Part shown: positions 28,036 to 38,875 of the stretch, piece after piece | Numbering within the stretch: position 1 is the stretch's first letter | Layout: each line of letters starts with the position of its first letter | Origin: Candidatus Entotheonellaceae bacterium | GTDB lineage: Bacteria; Tectomicrobia; Entotheonellia; Entotheonellales; Entotheonellaceae | Reading direction: 5' to 3' | Assembly: GCA_965238075.1 (NCBI GenBank) | Contig: OZ250173.1 | Location: 288,001-352,000 of the forward strand | DNA length: 64,000 nucleotides | Position numbers and translations under genes: made by a program | Notes under the pieces: model-generated | Database searches by the model: none | Seen by the model: the letters and a program-made list of their open reading frames with translations, nothing else | What the model was told of the DNA's origin: nothing

Positions 28036-30720
28036 ATGTCTGAACGCCCAACCGTTTATCTGGTGGACGGCACTGCATACGTGTACCGCGCCTTCTACGC
28101 CATCCGGCAACAGCTTTCGACGTCTGCCGGCGTGCCGACGAAGGCGGTGTTCGGTTTCAAGAACATGCTGCAAAAGCTGGTTCAGAAAGAGAAACCGCAG
28201 TATCTGGGAGTGGCGTTCGACGAGCGCGGCCCGACATTCAGGCACAAAATGGACCCGAATTACAAAGCCAACCGCCCGCCGATGCCGGACGATCTGGAAG
28301 TACAGATTCCCTACATCCACCGGCTAGTTGAGGCATTCAACATCCCCACCATTCGGCTGCAAGGATACGAGGCGGACGACATTCTGGGCACCTTGGCGCG
28401 GCGCTTCGAGACGCAGGGCTGCGACGTGGTCTTGGTTACCAGCGACAAGGACCTGTGCCAGCTTGTGACCGAGCACACGACGATTCTGGACACCATGAAA
28501 GAACAGCGCTTCGGCGTCGCCGAAGTGAAGGAGCGCTTTGGCATCGAGCCGCAGTACGTAGTCGATTTTCTCGGTCTCATGGGCGACACCTCGGACAACA
28601 TCCCCGGCGTACCGGGAGTCGGCGAAAAAACGGCGCGCCAGTTGTTGGAGGAGTTTGGCAATCTGGACGCCTTGCTGGAACAGGTAGACGCGGTGAAACG
28701 GCCCAAGCTGCGGGAATCGCTGCGCGACAATGCTGAGCTGGCGCGCCAAAGCCGCATGCTGGCAACGATCGACATCGAAACCCCGGTCGACGTCGGCCTG
28801 CCCGCCCTGGCGCTTACCGATCCGAACAACGACGAGTTGACGGCGCTCTACACTGAGTTGGAATTTCACAACGAGTTACAGGCCATCCGTAGCGCGGCAC
28901 CGGCCGCCAAACCGGTGGACAAGGATTACCGCACGATTACCGACCTTGCGGACTTGGATACGGAAATCGACGCCCTGCAACAGGCCGACGGCTTTGCCAT
29001 TGACACCGAAACGACCAGTCAGGACCCCATGCTCGCCGACCTCGTCGGCATTTCGCTGGCCCACCAGCCGCACGCGGGCGTCTACATCCCCCTCCGCCAC
29101 AGCTATATCGGCGCCCCGCCACAGCTTGATGCGGAGCTGGTTCTGGAACGCCTGCGGCCCTTGCTCGAAGACCCTGCGGTGCCCAAATACGGCCAGAACA
29201 TCAAGTACGACATCATCGTCCTGCAACGGCAGGGCATCGCCCTGCGCGGCGTCGCCTGCGATACGATGGTGGCCGGCTACCTGCTCAACCCCTCGCGGCG
29301 CGCCCACAACATGGACGCCCTGGCGCGCGAATATCTGCAATACGAGCCGATCAGCTACGCGGAGGTGGCGGGTAAGGGTGCCAAGCAGGTGACGTTCGAC
29401 CAAGTGGATGTCGAGCGGGCCACCCAATACAGTGCCGAGGACGCCGACGTAACCCTCTTGCTGGCGCAGGAGTTGCAGCCGCGTCTGACGGCCGCCCAAC
29501 TGGACGACCTTTTTGCCGACGTGGAAATGCCGCTGATCGACGTGCTGGTGGCCGTCGAGCGGCGCGGCATGGCTCTGGACAGCGCCTATCTGCGGAAAAT
29601 GTCCATCCAACTTCAGGGCCGCATGGAAACACTGGTGCACGAAATCCACGCGCTGGCCGGCGAGGAGTTCAACGTCAATTCGCCACCGCAGTTGCAGCGC
29701 ATCCTGTTTGAACAATTGAAGCTGCCGCCGGGAAAAAAGACCAAGACCGGCTATTCGACCGATGTGTCAGTGCTGGAGAATCTGGAGATGGAGCACGAGT
29801 TGCCGAAGCGTATCCTGGAATACCGCCATCTCGCCAAGATGAAATCCACATACGTCGACGCCCTGCCACAGCTCCTGCATAGGGAAACTGGACGCCTGCA
29901 TACGTCGTTGAATCAGACCATCGCCGAAACCGGGCGCCTCAGCAGCAGCAACCCCAATCTGCAGAACATCCCGATCCGCACCCGACTGGGGCGAGAGATT
30001 CGCCAAGCTTTCATTGCCGCGCCCGGACACCGCCTGGTGTCGATTGATTACTCGCAGATCGAACTGCGCCTGCTGGCCCACCTCAGCCAGGACCCCGTCC
30101 TCATCGAAGCCTTCCACAGCGGCGAGGACATTCATGCCCGCACCGCGATGGAAGTTTTTGGCGTGGAGTTGGCCGCGGTGGACGACGAAATGCGGCGCAT
30201 GGCAAAGACAGTGAATTTCGGCATCCTCTACGGCTTGAGCCCGTTCGGCCTGGCGCAGCGGCTGCACATTTCAATCGAGGCGGCACGCACCTACATCCAC
30301 AACTATTTCGCTCGCTACCCGCGTGTGAAGCAGTGCCTCGACGCCATCATCGCGCAGGCCCGTGAGCAAGGTTACGTCACCACCCTGCTGCAACGTCGTC
30401 GTTATGTGCCGGACATCTCCAGCTCGAACCGCAATGTCCGTGAGGCGGCGGAACGCACCGCCATCAACATGCCTTTTCAGGGCTCGGCAGCAGACCTGAT
30501 CAAGCTCGCCATGGTGCGTTTGCATCGTCAGATCACCAGCGAAGCCTGGCCGTGCCACATGCTGCTGCAGATTCACGACGAATTGCTGTTCGAGATTCCC
30601 GACGATGCGGTGGCGGACATGGCGCCCCGCATCACGGCGACTATGGAGGGCGTGTGGGATCTGGCGGTGCCGCTGACCGTTGAGGTCGGCCAGGGAAGCA
30701 ATTGGGCCGAAGCCCACTGA
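28036..30720 (+). CDS. polA: DNA polymerase I
   Basis: 5'-3' exonuclease (LVDG, EADD, GDTSDNIPGV), 3'-5' exo (DTET), polymerase motifs TGRLSS, DYSQIELR, AKTVNFG, QIHDEL. Confidence 0.97.
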   Translation: MSERPTVYLVDGTAYVYRAFYAIRQQLSTSAGVPTKAVFGFKNMLQKLVQKEKPQYLGVAFDERGPTFRHKMDPNYKANRPPMPDDLEVQIPYIHRLVEAFNIPTIRLQGYEADDILGTLARRFETQGCDVVLVTSDKDLCQLVTEHTTILDTMKEQRFGVAEVKERFGIEPQYVVDFLGLMGDTSDNIPGVPGVGEKTARQLLEEFGNLDALLEQVDAVKRPKLRESLRDNAELARQSRMLATIDIETPVDVGLPALALTDPNNDELTALYTELEFHNELQAIRSAAPAAKPVDKDYRTITDLADLDTEIDALQQADGFAIDTETTSQDPMLADLVGISLAHQPHAGVYIPLRHSYIGAPPQLDAELVLERLRPLLEDPAVPKYGQNIKYDIIVLQRQGIALRGVACDTMVAGYLLNPSRRAHNMDALAREYLQYEPISYAEVAGKGAKQVTFDQVDVERATQYSAEDADVTLLLAQELQPRLTAAQLDDLFADVEMPLIDVLVAVERRGMALDSAYLRKMSIQLQGRMETLVHEIHALAGEEFNVNSPPQLQRILFEQLKLPPGKKTKTGYSTDVSVLENLEMEHELPKRILEYRHLAKMKSTYVDALPQLLHRETGRLHTSLNQTIAETGRLSSSNPNLQNIPIRTRLGREIRQAFIAAPGHRLVSIDYSQIELRLLAHLSQDPVLIEAFHSGEDIHARTAMEVFGVELAAVDDEMRRMAKTVNFGILYGLSPFGLAQRLHISIEAARTYIHNYFARYPRVKQCLDAIIAQAREQGYVTTLLQRRRYVPDISSSNRNVREAAERTAINMPFQGSAADLIKLAMVRLHRQITSEAWPCHMLLQIHDELLFEIPDDAVADMAPRITATMEGVWDLAVPLTVEVGQGSNWAEAH

Positions 30721-30733
30721 TCGGGTGTTCAGG

Positions 30734-30758
30734 GTGGGGCAGACATTCCTGTCTGCCC
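30734..30758. repeat. REP-like palindrome
   Basis: gtggggcagacattcctgtctgccc: 9-bp stem right after the polA stop. Confidence 0.6.
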
Positions 30759-30851
30759 ATTGGCGGGCGGGTTCGCCCGCCGCGCCGGCTGAAAGCCCGC
30801 GCCACCTGGTGAAATCCACGGCATCGCCCGGATCCCCGCCGGGTTTGCCGC

Positions 30852-30881
30852 TTGACAAGCCGCGAAACGCCGGGTTATCGT
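30852..30881 (+). promoter_or_regulatory. putative sigma70 promoter for tRNA-Ala
   Basis: TTGACA-18 nt-TATCGT. Confidence 0.5.
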
Positions 30882-30906
30882 TACGTCTCTTCTTGGGTAG
30901 GCCAAT

Positions 30907-30979
30907 GGGGCTGTAGCTCAGATGGGAGAGCGCATGACTGGCAGTCATGAAGTCAGGGGTTCGATCCCCCTCAGCTCCA
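30907..30979 (+). tRNA. tRNA-Ala(GGC)
   Basis: GGGGCTGTAGCTCAG...CATGACTGGCAGTCATG...GGTTCGATCCCCCTCAGCTCCA; G3:U70 pair. Confidence 0.96.
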
Positions 30980-31002
30980 TTCCAGCAAGTCCTCCCCCCT
31001 CA

Positions 31003-31042
31003 GTAAGTCGAATTAGCGAAACGTAATCCGACATTCCTTTGC
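31003..31042 (+). repeat. GTAG-type REP element (degenerate)
   Basis: gtaagtcgaattagcgaaacgtaatccgacattcctttgc resembles 36976-37015. Confidence 0.7.
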
Positions 31043-31136
31043 ATTAATCCTCGCGTCCTATGAGATGGACACCTCTATCCCGGCCGAATCATCGTTATCT
31101 GCCGGGGCGGACCCAACCTGCCCCGGCCTTTCAAGT

Positions 31137-32729
31137 TTATGCCCCGTTTGCGACTCGCATCTGGATCGCATCCACCGCTGCCAAGGCCGACAAGGCAGAA
31201 CCCTCCTGCCAGCCGGACAAGGCGGAGGTCAGATCGCCCGCAAAATGGACGGCGCCGTCCGGTTGTTTCAATGCCTCTACCGGAACGTGTCCAAAATCGG
31301 GCCAGCTACCTTTCTGGAAAGGCACCTCGGACCAGGCACGGCTGACCCCGGCCTCCACCTTGTTCCCATACCCAGGGTGGATGCGCTCGCCGGCCATAAT
31401 CGCAGCATCCAGGCGCTGCGATGGGCGCATCTCCGCAAACCCTAAGGCAGACGACTGATCAAAATCGGGAACGCCAAAAATATAGGCCCCCAATATGATG
31501 CCCTTGTCACGATGATAGCCATTTGACGGGTACCAGATCTGCGTAACATCTTCAGGGGTGGTCCAGGAGATGCCGCCATAGATGATATCCTCGTCTTCCC
31601 AAAACCGATACTTGCCCTGGAAAGCTATTTTGACGGCGCTATCGTATGGGATTCCCGCGATCGCGTCCTTTGTTTCCTGTGAGAAGTTGTTGCGGATGTC
31701 CGTCAAAACAGTTGCCGGGATGGTGCAGATTGCATAATCCGCATCAAAAGGCTCCATCATTGTCCCCCGATCACTATAAGCAACGCGCACACCCCCGCCA
31801 GCTTGGTTCGAAATCTGCTCCACGACGCTCCCATAACGAATGAAACGCTCTACTCGCCCTCGCCTCTTGAACGCCTCGACGATCTTGTCCATGCCGCCAA
31901 CGGGTTGAAATAAGGTGGCTTGTTGATCAAGCGAATGGCCCCATCTGACAAATAACCACGGGAGATCAAACCCGAGAACGTCTCCTCGGCTCAAGGGCCT
32001 GACCGGCATCGCTCCGCCAAGCCCTGCGTTGACATATATCCCATCGTAACCAGCACGACCTGAGCCGCCGTACGCATCGTCAGCATTAAGGTCTCCGAAA
32101 CCTCGGATCATGCTCAAGAGATTGTCCTTATCCTCCATCTCCAACTCGTCGTTCAAGGCTCCCCCATTCACCGCCTTGGATAGCAGTTCGGCAATATACC
32201 CGCGCTGGGCGGCATGAAGTTCCCGGCCTGTCACGGGCATGCCCTTAAAACTGCCCGGGCTCTGGAAAAACGCCCCGCGGTTGTCGTTAACAAAGACTTC
32301 AAGATCGACGCCGAACTCTTTGCAGTACCCTAGAATGGTCTCGTGATGATAGGGAATGCGGGCCGGTCCCATGTTCGCGTAGAGGTAATCTTCGTCGTCG
32401 AATTCAACTTGCTGCGTGCTGTTGAATTCTTCCATCACGTCACCCCTTCGAACCGTCAGGTTGCGCCCGCCAGCACGCTGGGTGGCCTCCAGAATCGTGC
32501 ACTGATAGCCCAATTTGTCCAGTTCATAGGCAGCTACCAGACCGGCGATGCCAGCCCCCAGGATGACGACGTGCTTTCCGTCGCCCAGGCTCTGGGACAC
32601 CGCAGAGTCAGACGAGCAGCCCGTCAGGCTCGACACCCCCAACATCCCCAGCGCCGCCATGCTCCGATATACACCTGCCGCGCCGGCTACTGAGCCAACA
32701 TATTGAAGAAGCTGTCGTTTCGTTAGCAT
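31137..32729 (-). CDS. flavin monoamine oxidase / L-amino acid oxidase family, putative Tat lipoprotein
   Basis: VILGAGIAGL, EATQRAGGR, NMGPARIP, FQPVGGMD, HFAGD...WQEG; N-term LTKRQLL and LTGC; codon usage less GC-biased than neighbours. Confidence 0.88.
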   Translation of the reverse strand: MLTKRQLLQYVGSVAGAAGVYRSMAALGMLGVSSLTGCSSDSAVSQSLGDGKHVVILGAGIAGLVAAYELDKLGYQCTILEATQRAGGRNLTVRRGDVMEEFNSTQQVEFDDEDYLYANMGPARIPYHHETILGYCKEFGVDLEVFVNDNRGAFFQSPGSFKGMPVTGRELHAAQRGYIAELLSKAVNGGALNDELEMEDKDNLLSMIRGFGDLNADDAYGGSGRAGYDGIYVNAGLGGAMPVRPLSRGDVLGFDLPWLFVRWGHSLDQQATLFQPVGGMDKIVEAFKRRGRVERFIRYGSVVEQISNQAGGGVRVAYSDRGTMMEPFDADYAICTIPATVLTDIRNNFSQETKDAIAGIPYDSAVKIAFQGKYRFWEDEDIIYGGISWTTPEDVTQIWYPSNGYHRDKGIILGAYIFGVPDFDQSSALGFAEMRPSQRLDAAIMAGERIHPGYGNKVEAGVSRAWSEVPFQKGSWPDFGHVPVEALKQPDGAVHFAGDLTSALSGWQEGSALSALAAVDAIQMRVANGA

Positions 32730-32893
32730 CGCGTTTTCCTTTCGTTGCTTCGAATCACAGGTTCTGTACCAAATTCCGCAATGGCAACCAATAAATCGCA
32801 CCCTATCACAGCTGGCTTTTGGGTAAAAATACACAGTCGGGACAGCCATTAAAACTCAGGTCCGACCGCCGGCAGCTCTTGGAATCTGGACAT

Positions 32894-32908
32894 TGGCACG
32901 CATATTGC
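32894..32908 (+). promoter_or_regulatory. sigma54 (-24/-12) promoter of clpB
   Basis: TGGCAC-GCATA-TTGC exact consensus about 56 nt before the clpB start. Confidence 0.75.
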
Positions 32909-32964
32909 GTCCTGAATCCGACAAATGAACCGAGGTCAACTTGTGACCCAGAAGGAGGCACGAC

Positions 32965-35589
32965 ATGAATTTCGACAAACTGACACAGAAATCACAGGCG
33001 GCTATGCAGGCGGCGCAAGGCAAGGCGTTACGGCATGGGCATGTGGAAGTGGACGGCGAGCATTTGTTGCTGGCCCTGGTTGAACAAAGCGACGGGCTGG
33101 TGCCGCGGCTGCTGGAGAGAATGGGCGTGCCGACAGCCCCGCTGGCTCAGGCGGTGGAGCAGCAACTGAACCGTCGGCCGCGCATCTCCGGGCCGGGTGC
33201 CGAGGCCGGTAAGATTTACGTCACCCAGAACCTGCAGAAGCTGCTGCTCAAGGCCGAGGACGAGGCCAAACGGCTCAAGGACGAATACATCTCGGTCGAG
33301 CATCTGATGCTGGCTCTGGCCGACGACGGCAACCAGAGCGCGGCTAGTGGCATCCTGCGCCAATTCAATGTCACGCGGGACGCGCTTCTGGAGGCGCTAA
33401 CGGCCGTGCGCGGACATCAGCGGGTCACCAGCGACACGCCGGAAACCGCCTACGAGGCGCTCGACAAGTACGGCCTCGACCTGGTGACGCAGGCCCGACA
33501 GGGTAAGCTCGACCCGGTCATCGGGCGCGACGACGAAATCCGCCGCACCATTCGGATTCTTTCCCGCAAAACCAAGAACAACCCGGTACTCATTGGCGAG
33601 CCCGGCGTCGGCAAAACCGCCATCGTCGAGGGGCTGGCGCAGCGCATCTTCAAGGGCGACGTGCCGGAGTGGCTGCGCGACCGCCGGGTCTTCGCTTTGG
33701 ACATGGGTGCCCTGCTGGCCGGCGCCAAGTTCCGCGGCGAGTTCGAGGAGCGTCTCAAGGCCGTGCTCAACGAGATCAAGGAAAGCGACGGCCACATCAT
33801 TCTGTTCATCGACGAGTTGCACAACATCGTGGGAGCCGGGCGCACCGAGGGTTCGCCGGACGCCGGCAACATGCTAAAACCCATGCTGGCGCGCGGCGAG
33901 TTACATTGCATCGGCGCCACGACACTCAACGAGCATCGTCAATACATCGAGAAAGATGCGGCCCTGGAGCGGCGCTTCCAGCCGGTGATGGTGGACGCGC
34001 CGTCGGTCGAGGACACCATCTCAATTTTGCGCGGCCTGCGTGAGCGCTACGAGGTGCACCACGGCGTGCGCATTCAGGACAACGCCCTGGTGGGCGCCGC
34101 GGTGTTGTCCAACCGCTACATCGCCGATCGTTTCCTGCCCGACAAGGCCATCGACCTGGTAGACGAAGCCTGCGCCATGGTGCGCACGGAGATCGACTCG
34201 ATGCCGACCGAGCTGGATGAGATTACCCGCCGCGTCATGCAGCTGGAAATCGAGGCGGCGGCACTCAACAAAGAGACCGACAAGACCAGCCAGGACCGCC
34301 TCGACGCATTGCGCCAGGAACTGGCCGACCTCAAGGAGCAGGGCAGCACCCTACGGGCGCAGTGGGAAACGGAGAAAGGCGCCATCGGCGAGGTGCGCGC
34401 TTTGCGGGAGGAAATCGAGCAGGTGCGGCGAGACGTCGAGCAGGCGGAACGCGCCTATGACCTCAACCGCGCCGCCGAGCTACGTCATGGGCGGTTGCCG
34501 GGGCTGCAGAAACGTTTGGAAACGGCCGAGGCGAGCATGGCCGGACGCAACGGTGGCCGGCTCCTGCGCGAGGAGGTGACCGAGGACGAAATCGCCGCCA
34601 TCGTGTCGCGCTGGACGGGTGTCCCCGTTACGCGGCTCGTAGAAGGCGAGCGCGACAAGCTGTTGCGCCTGGACGACATCCTGCACCAGCGCGTCGTGGG
34701 GCAGGACGAGGCCGTGCAACTGGTGGCCGACGCCATCATCCGGGCGCGCGCCGGCATCAAGGACCCGCGGCGCCCAATTGGCTCGTTCATCTTCCTCGGC
34801 CCCACTGGCGTGGGCAAGACGGAACTCGCCAAGACCCTGGCGGCGGCGCTGTTCGACAGCGAAGACAACATCGTGCGCATCGACATGAGCGAGTACATGG
34901 AGCGGCACACCGTGTCCCGCCTCATCGGCGCCCCGCCGGGGTACGTCGGCTACGAGGAGGGCGGCCAGCTCACCGAGGCGGTGCGGCGCAAGCCCTACAC
35001 GGTCATCCTATTCGACGAGATCGAGAAGGCGCACCACGACGTGTTCAACGTCCTGCTGCAGATACTCGACGACGGCCGCCTCACCGACGCCCACGGCCGC
35101 ACCGTGGACTTCAGGAACACCGTCATCATCATGACGTCGAACATCGGCTCGCAGCACCTGCTGGAGGGCATTTCGGCCGCCGGCGACATCAACGAAGCGG
35201 CACGCGCGGCTGTCATGCAGGAGTTGCGGCAGCATTTCCGCCCGGAATTTCTCAACCGGGTGGACGATACCGTGCTGTTCAAGACTCTGACCCTGGACGA
35301 GATCGAGCGCATCGTCGACCTGCTGGCCGACGACTTGCGCCGGCGGTTGGCCGATCGCGACGTCAAGCTCGACCTCAGCGGCGCAGCGAGGGCGCTGATC
35401 GCTCGCCAGGGATTCGATCCGGTATACGGCGCGCGCCCGCTGCGGCGGTTCCTGCAACACGAATTGGAAACCAGAATCGGACGGGCGCTGATCGGCGGCG
35501 AGGTGCGCAACGGCGCTGCCGTGCGGGTGGACGTTCAGGATGGCGCACTCAACGTGGACATCGAAAATCCACCGGACGCCGAAAGTTAA
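32965..35589 (+). CDS. clpB: chaperone ClpB
   Basis: Two AAA+ modules ([16 protein letters not shown]), DAALERRF, long coiled-coil M domain, GARPLRR. Confidence 0.97.
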   Translation: MNFDKLTQKSQAAMQAAQGKALRHGHVEVDGEHLLLALVEQSDGLVPRLLERMGVPTAPLAQAVEQQLNRRPRISGPGAEAGKIYVTQNLQKLLLKAEDEAKRLKDEYISVEHLMLALADDGNQSAASGILRQFNVTRDALLEALTAVRGHQRVTSDTPETAYEALDKYGLDLVTQARQGKLDPVIGRDDEIRRTIRILSRKTKNNPVLIGEPGVGKTAIVEGLAQRIFKGDVPEWLRDRRVFALDMGALLAGAKFRGEFEERLKAVLNEIKESDGHIILFIDELHNIVGAGRTEGSPDAGNMLKPMLARGELHCIGATTLNEHRQYIEKDAALERRFQPVMVDAPSVEDTISILRGLRERYEVHHGVRIQDNALVGAAVLSNRYIADRFLPDKAIDLVDEACAMVRTEIDSMPTELDEITRRVMQLEIEAAALNKETDKTSQDRLDALRQELADLKEQGSTLRAQWETEKGAIGEVRALREEIEQVRRDVEQAERAYDLNRAAELRHGRLPGLQKRLETAEASMAGRNGGRLLREEVTEDEIAAIVSRWTGVPVTRLVEGERDKLLRLDDILHQRVVGQDEAVQLVADAIIRARAGIKDPRRPIGSFIFLGPTGVGKTELAKTLAAALFDSEDNIVRIDMSEYMERHTVSRLIGAPPGYVGYEEGGQLTEAVRRKPYTVILFDEIEKAHHDVFNVLLQILDDGRLTDAHGRTVDFRNTVIIMTSNIGSQHLLEGISAAGDINEAARAAVMQELRQHFRPEFLNRVDDTVLFKTLTLDEIERIVDLLADDLRRRLADRDVKLDLSGAARALIARQGFDPVYGARPLRRFLQHELETRIGRALIGGEVRNGAAVRVDVQDGALNVDIENPPDAES

Positions 35590-35598
35590 CGGCTTTAC

Positions 35599-35637
35599 GG
35601 ATGCGACGTTGCCTCAGTCGCAGGCAACGTCGCATCC
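35599..35637. terminator. strong hairpin after clpB
   Basis: ggatgcgacgttgcct / aggcaacgtcgcatcc 16-bp perfect stem. Confidence 0.75.
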
Positions 35638-35643
35638 CACCGT

Positions 35644-36132
35644 TTAGTTGGACAAGAGAACAAGAAAAATCATCGAACCCAGCACGCCGCCGCCAGCACC
35701 TGCGGAAAGGTGTGTCGCTTCAGATAAAGCCTCGACCGGCCAACCAGCAGCACCGCCACCGGCGCCAGCGTCAAGCCGCCGTACGTCGTGGACAACAAAA
35801 TGGCCATGGCATCGAACACGCCATGCAGCGCCGTGATGACGAAAAACCAGGAAAGCAGACCCCACCAGCTAGTGGTGCCGGCGCGGGCGCGGGGGTAGGC
35901 GAAGCGCATCACGGCCAAGGCCAGAACGAGGGCGAAAGCGGCGGAATGGCTCAGGCCGCGGTGCCTTAGCGGGTGGTTTCTTCGATGGGAACCAGGTAAG
36001 AAAGGGTATCGATGTCGGGAATCCACTGGCAAAACACCGACAACAGAATGAACTCCGGGTTTCCTGGCGCAGCTCCGAGAGGGCGTAGGCCGCACCACGG
36101 CCGAACAGGGGGGGCGTGACAAAGGTCGCCAT
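35644..36132 (-). pseudogene. degraded YdjM-like metal-dependent membrane hydrolase
   Basis: MATFVT start (GGAGG RBS) lies in a different frame from HRGLSHS...LHGVFDAM motifs; several frame switches. Confidence 0.6.
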
Positions 36133-36396
36133 CGTGCCTCCGTGAGATGCCACAAGGAATGACCGATTACTTGTTCGTCCTGTGAATCCGCACGGAATAG
36201 GTATTGCCCTCGTCTTACCAGACGGTGAAAAGGGCGTGTGTAATCGGTGAAGATTGGGCGGGATGTCGTTCGATACGCCCCAAAATAGGGCGAAATGCGT
36301 GATTGGTGTGGACTGAGGAGGGGAAACCGTGCGTTAATAATAAACGTCCGCCAGCGATGGCGCCCATTCACTCTACGCACAAGGGAGGTATCCAGC

Positions 36397-36810
36397 ATGT
36401 CCGCAACGACCGAGAAACAGATGCGGCCTGTCCATGTCACGAACAAGACGGCGCCGAGCGTGCCGGGGCGGCGGTCGTTCTTCACGTACCGCGACCTCGG
36501 GGTCACCGACGCCACCCAAGGCGCTATGCGCGCGCAGATTACGGAAGCCATCACCGGCATGACGGAGCCGACCGGCTGGCATTACCACGTCTGCGAGTCG
36601 CAGTTCGTGTACGCCTTGAAGGGCTGGGTGGACTTGGAGTTCGAGACGGGCGAGCAGATTCGGCTGCAGGCGGGTGAGTCGTTGTTCATCCCCGGCGGCC
36701 TGCGCCACAACGAGATCAGCACCTCCGACAATCTGGAAATTCTGGAAATTTCGGTGCCGGCACAGATGGAAACCGTGCCGTGTGAGCGGCCGGCCGAACT
36801 GCCCGCCTAG
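36397..36810 (+). CDS. cupin domain protein
   Basis: GWHYHVCESQFVYALKG and IPGGLRHNE cupin motifs; GGAGG RBS. Confidence 0.88.
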   Translation: MSATTEKQMRPVHVTNKTAPSVPGRRSFFTYRDLGVTDATQGAMRAQITEAITGMTEPTGWHYHVCESQFVYALKGWVDLEFETGEQIRLQAGESLFIPGGLRHNEISTSDNLEILEISVPAQMETVPCERPAELPA

Positions 36811-36975
36811 GCTTTCCCTGACCCCATCGCTGCCGGATGCCGGCCCGAGCGGCGATGGGCGATCTTCGCATCCATGATCTTCCTCAAGCCGCCGTTCAGC
36901 CGCCTCTCGCGGCGGACGTCATACTCCCCAACCTCTCAAGTCTTGCCCCGCTCTCCTGCCGCAGATACCAATCAA

Positions 36976-37053
36976 GTAGGTCAGATTAGCGAAGCGTAAT
37001 CCGGCATTCCATTGCGCCGCTGTCGGGTTACGCCTACGGCTAACCGGCCCTGC
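36976..37053. repeat. inverted REP doublet (REPIN-like)
   Basis: gtaggtcagattagcgaagcgtaatccggc facing tgtcgggttacgcctacggctaaccggccctgc. Confidence 0.75.
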
Positions 37054-37578
37054 CTAAAGCCGTCTGTCCAGCCATTCGTCCCGGCGGATGCCGTAAACCA
37101 AGGCTTCTTCCCCATAGAAATCCATGCGGTCCTGCAACCGCTGGCCGAGCTTCTCCGCCACCCGTATCGACGCCGTGTTCTGCGGGCGAATCAGACTGAT
37201 GACACGGTCCCGCCCCATCTCCTGAAATACATAAGCCAAAGCGGCACGGGCGCCCTCGGTGGCAAATCCCTGTCCCCAGGACTGCCGGCGAATCGTCCAT
37301 ATCAATTCCAAGTCGGGCCACCCTGCCGGACAAAATGGGCCGATGCGCCCCACAAGCTCACCGCTGGCGCGCTCCTCAACCGCCCAAGGGCCAAAGCCGA
37401 GCAGTTGCCAATGGCCCACCACCGCGGCCATGTTGCGCCAAGCCTCGGGAGGGGGCAGTGGCCGGCCTTGGGGCAGGTATCGCATGACCTCCGGGTCGGC
37501 CAGCATTTCCGCATAGGCGTCGAAGTCTGCTTGGCAAAACATCCGCAGGCGTAGCCGGGGCGTTTCCAGGATGGCCAC
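37054..37578 (-). CDS. GNAT (RimJ/RimL-type) N-acetyltransferase
   Basis: LETPRLRLR, WGQGFATEGA, NTASIRVAEKLG. Confidence 0.9.
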   Translation of the reverse strand: MAILETPRLRLRMFCQADFDAYAEMLADPEVMRYLPQGRPLPPPEAWRNMAAVVGHWQLLGFGPWAVEERASGELVGRIGPFCPAGWPDLELIWTIRRQSWGQGFATEGARAALAYVFQEMGRDRVISLIRPQNTASIRVAEKLGQRLQDRMDFYGEEALVYGIRRDEWLDRRL

Positions 37579-37925
37579 TATTTCGCCGCCGTGATCATAA
37601 TCTCCACCATGTACTGCGGCGACGCCAACTTACTCTCCACGCAGGCGCGGGCCGGTGGGTTGGCGGGATCGATCCAGGCGTCCCAGACTTCGTTGACGGC
37701 GCTAAAATAGGCCATGTTGGCGAGCCAAATCTGGGCCGACAGTATCTTGGACTTGTCGCTGCCGCAGCGTGCCAGATAGTTGTCCACCTTGGCCAGAATC
37801 TGCTCCGCCTGCGCCTTAGGATCGGCCACCGGTTCGCTGGCCACGAGGCCGGCGAGGTGCACGGTGGAATCGGTCTCGACCGCCTGACTCATGCGCGGGC
37901 CGGTGTCATGTCGCTTGATCGCCAT
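37578..37925 (-). CDS. RidA/YjgF family protein
   Basis: GPRMSQAV, HLAGLV, NEVWDAW, PPARACVE, VEIMITA. Confidence 0.9.
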   Translation of the reverse strand: MAIKRHDTGPRMSQAVETDSTVHLAGLVASEPVADPKAQAEQILAKVDNYLARCGSDKSKILSAQIWLANMAYFSAVNEVWDAWIDPANPPARACVESKLASPQYMVEIMITAAK

Positions 37926-38103
37926 CGTCGTCTCCTCTTGTGTTGCATCGGTTTGCAGGCAGCAAGGGCTGCCCGGCGCGGCATCGTAGCGGCTTCACCC
38001 CAGCAGCGCAACAGGCCGAGATACCCCTTGCCAACGCCAGGCCGGACGGGTAGCCTATGCCGCTGCCGCCGTCACAGGTCTACGCAACAATAGGAGGCTC
38101 GGC

Positions 38104-38844
38104 ATGGACGACACAGCGTCACCCCAAGGCACCTCGTTTTCATACAAACGATTGATTCCCGTGGGCGTGCTGGTCCTCGGACTCGTGGCATTTTTCGTCT
38201 TTGATCTCGGTCGCTTCCTCAGCTTCGAGGCCCTGCGGGAAAACCGTGCCGCCCTGCTCAATTGGGTGGACACGTATGGCATCGTCGCCGCCCTCATCTA
38301 CATGCTCATTTATGCCGTCGCCATCGCCTTTTCGGTGCCCGGCGGCGCCATTCTGACCATCACCGGCGGCTTTCTGTTCGGCTCGGTCTGGGGTACGGCG
38401 TGCGTCATCTTTGCCGCCACCGCGGGCGCCACGGCGCTCTTTCTGATCGCCAAAACCTCGTTTGGCGACACGCTGCGGGCCAAGGCCGGTCCGGCGCTGC
38501 AAAGGATGCAGGACGGCTTCCAGGAGGGCGCCCTGAGCTATCTGCTGGTGCTGCGCCTGGTGCCGCTCTTTCCGTTTTTCCTGGTCAATCTGGTGCCGGC
38601 ATTTTTGGGCGTTTCCCTGCGCGTATACGTGGTGGGCACGTTCATCGGCATCATCCCCGGCACCTTCGTGTTCGCCACCGTGGGGGCCGGTCTGGGCAGC
38701 GTGTTTGACCAGGGCGGCGAATTCAGCGCCGCCGGCATCCTCACCCCGCAGATCATCACGGCGCTCGTCGGCCTGGCCGTTCTGGCGCTGATCCCCGTCG
38801 TATACAAGAAAATCAAGGCCCGCTCCGGCAAGGCGGCCGCATAG
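38104..38844 (+). CDS. TVP38/TMEM64 (DedA superfamily) membrane protein
   Basis: VPGGAILTITGGFLFG, LRLVPLFPFFLVN, GTFIGIIPG. Confidence 0.9.
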   Translation: MDDTASPQGTSFSYKRLIPVGVLVLGLVAFFVFDLGRFLSFEALRENRAALLNWVDTYGIVAALIYMLIYAVAIAFSVPGGAILTITGGFLFGSVWGTACVIFAATAGATALFLIAKTSFGDTLRAKAGPALQRMQDGFQEGALSYLLVLRLVPLFPFFLVNLVPAFLGVSLRVYVVGTFIGIIPGTFVFATVGAGLGSVFDQGGEFSAAGILTPQIITALVGLAVLALIPVVYKKIKARSGKAAA

Positions 38845-38875
38845 CCCGGCACCGGAACAACAGGAGGACGCGAAC

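Noticed and set aside
26815-28320. 501-aa antisense ORF across gatB/polA (and similar ORFs opposite ilvE, clpB, P450, dusA)
   Set aside because: Antisense shadows of strongly codon-biased genes.
30993-31003. ccccctcag after tRNA-Ala as an att-site remnant
   Set aside because: Only about 9 low-complexity bases, too close to the tRNA, with no matching copy beyond the oxidase gene.
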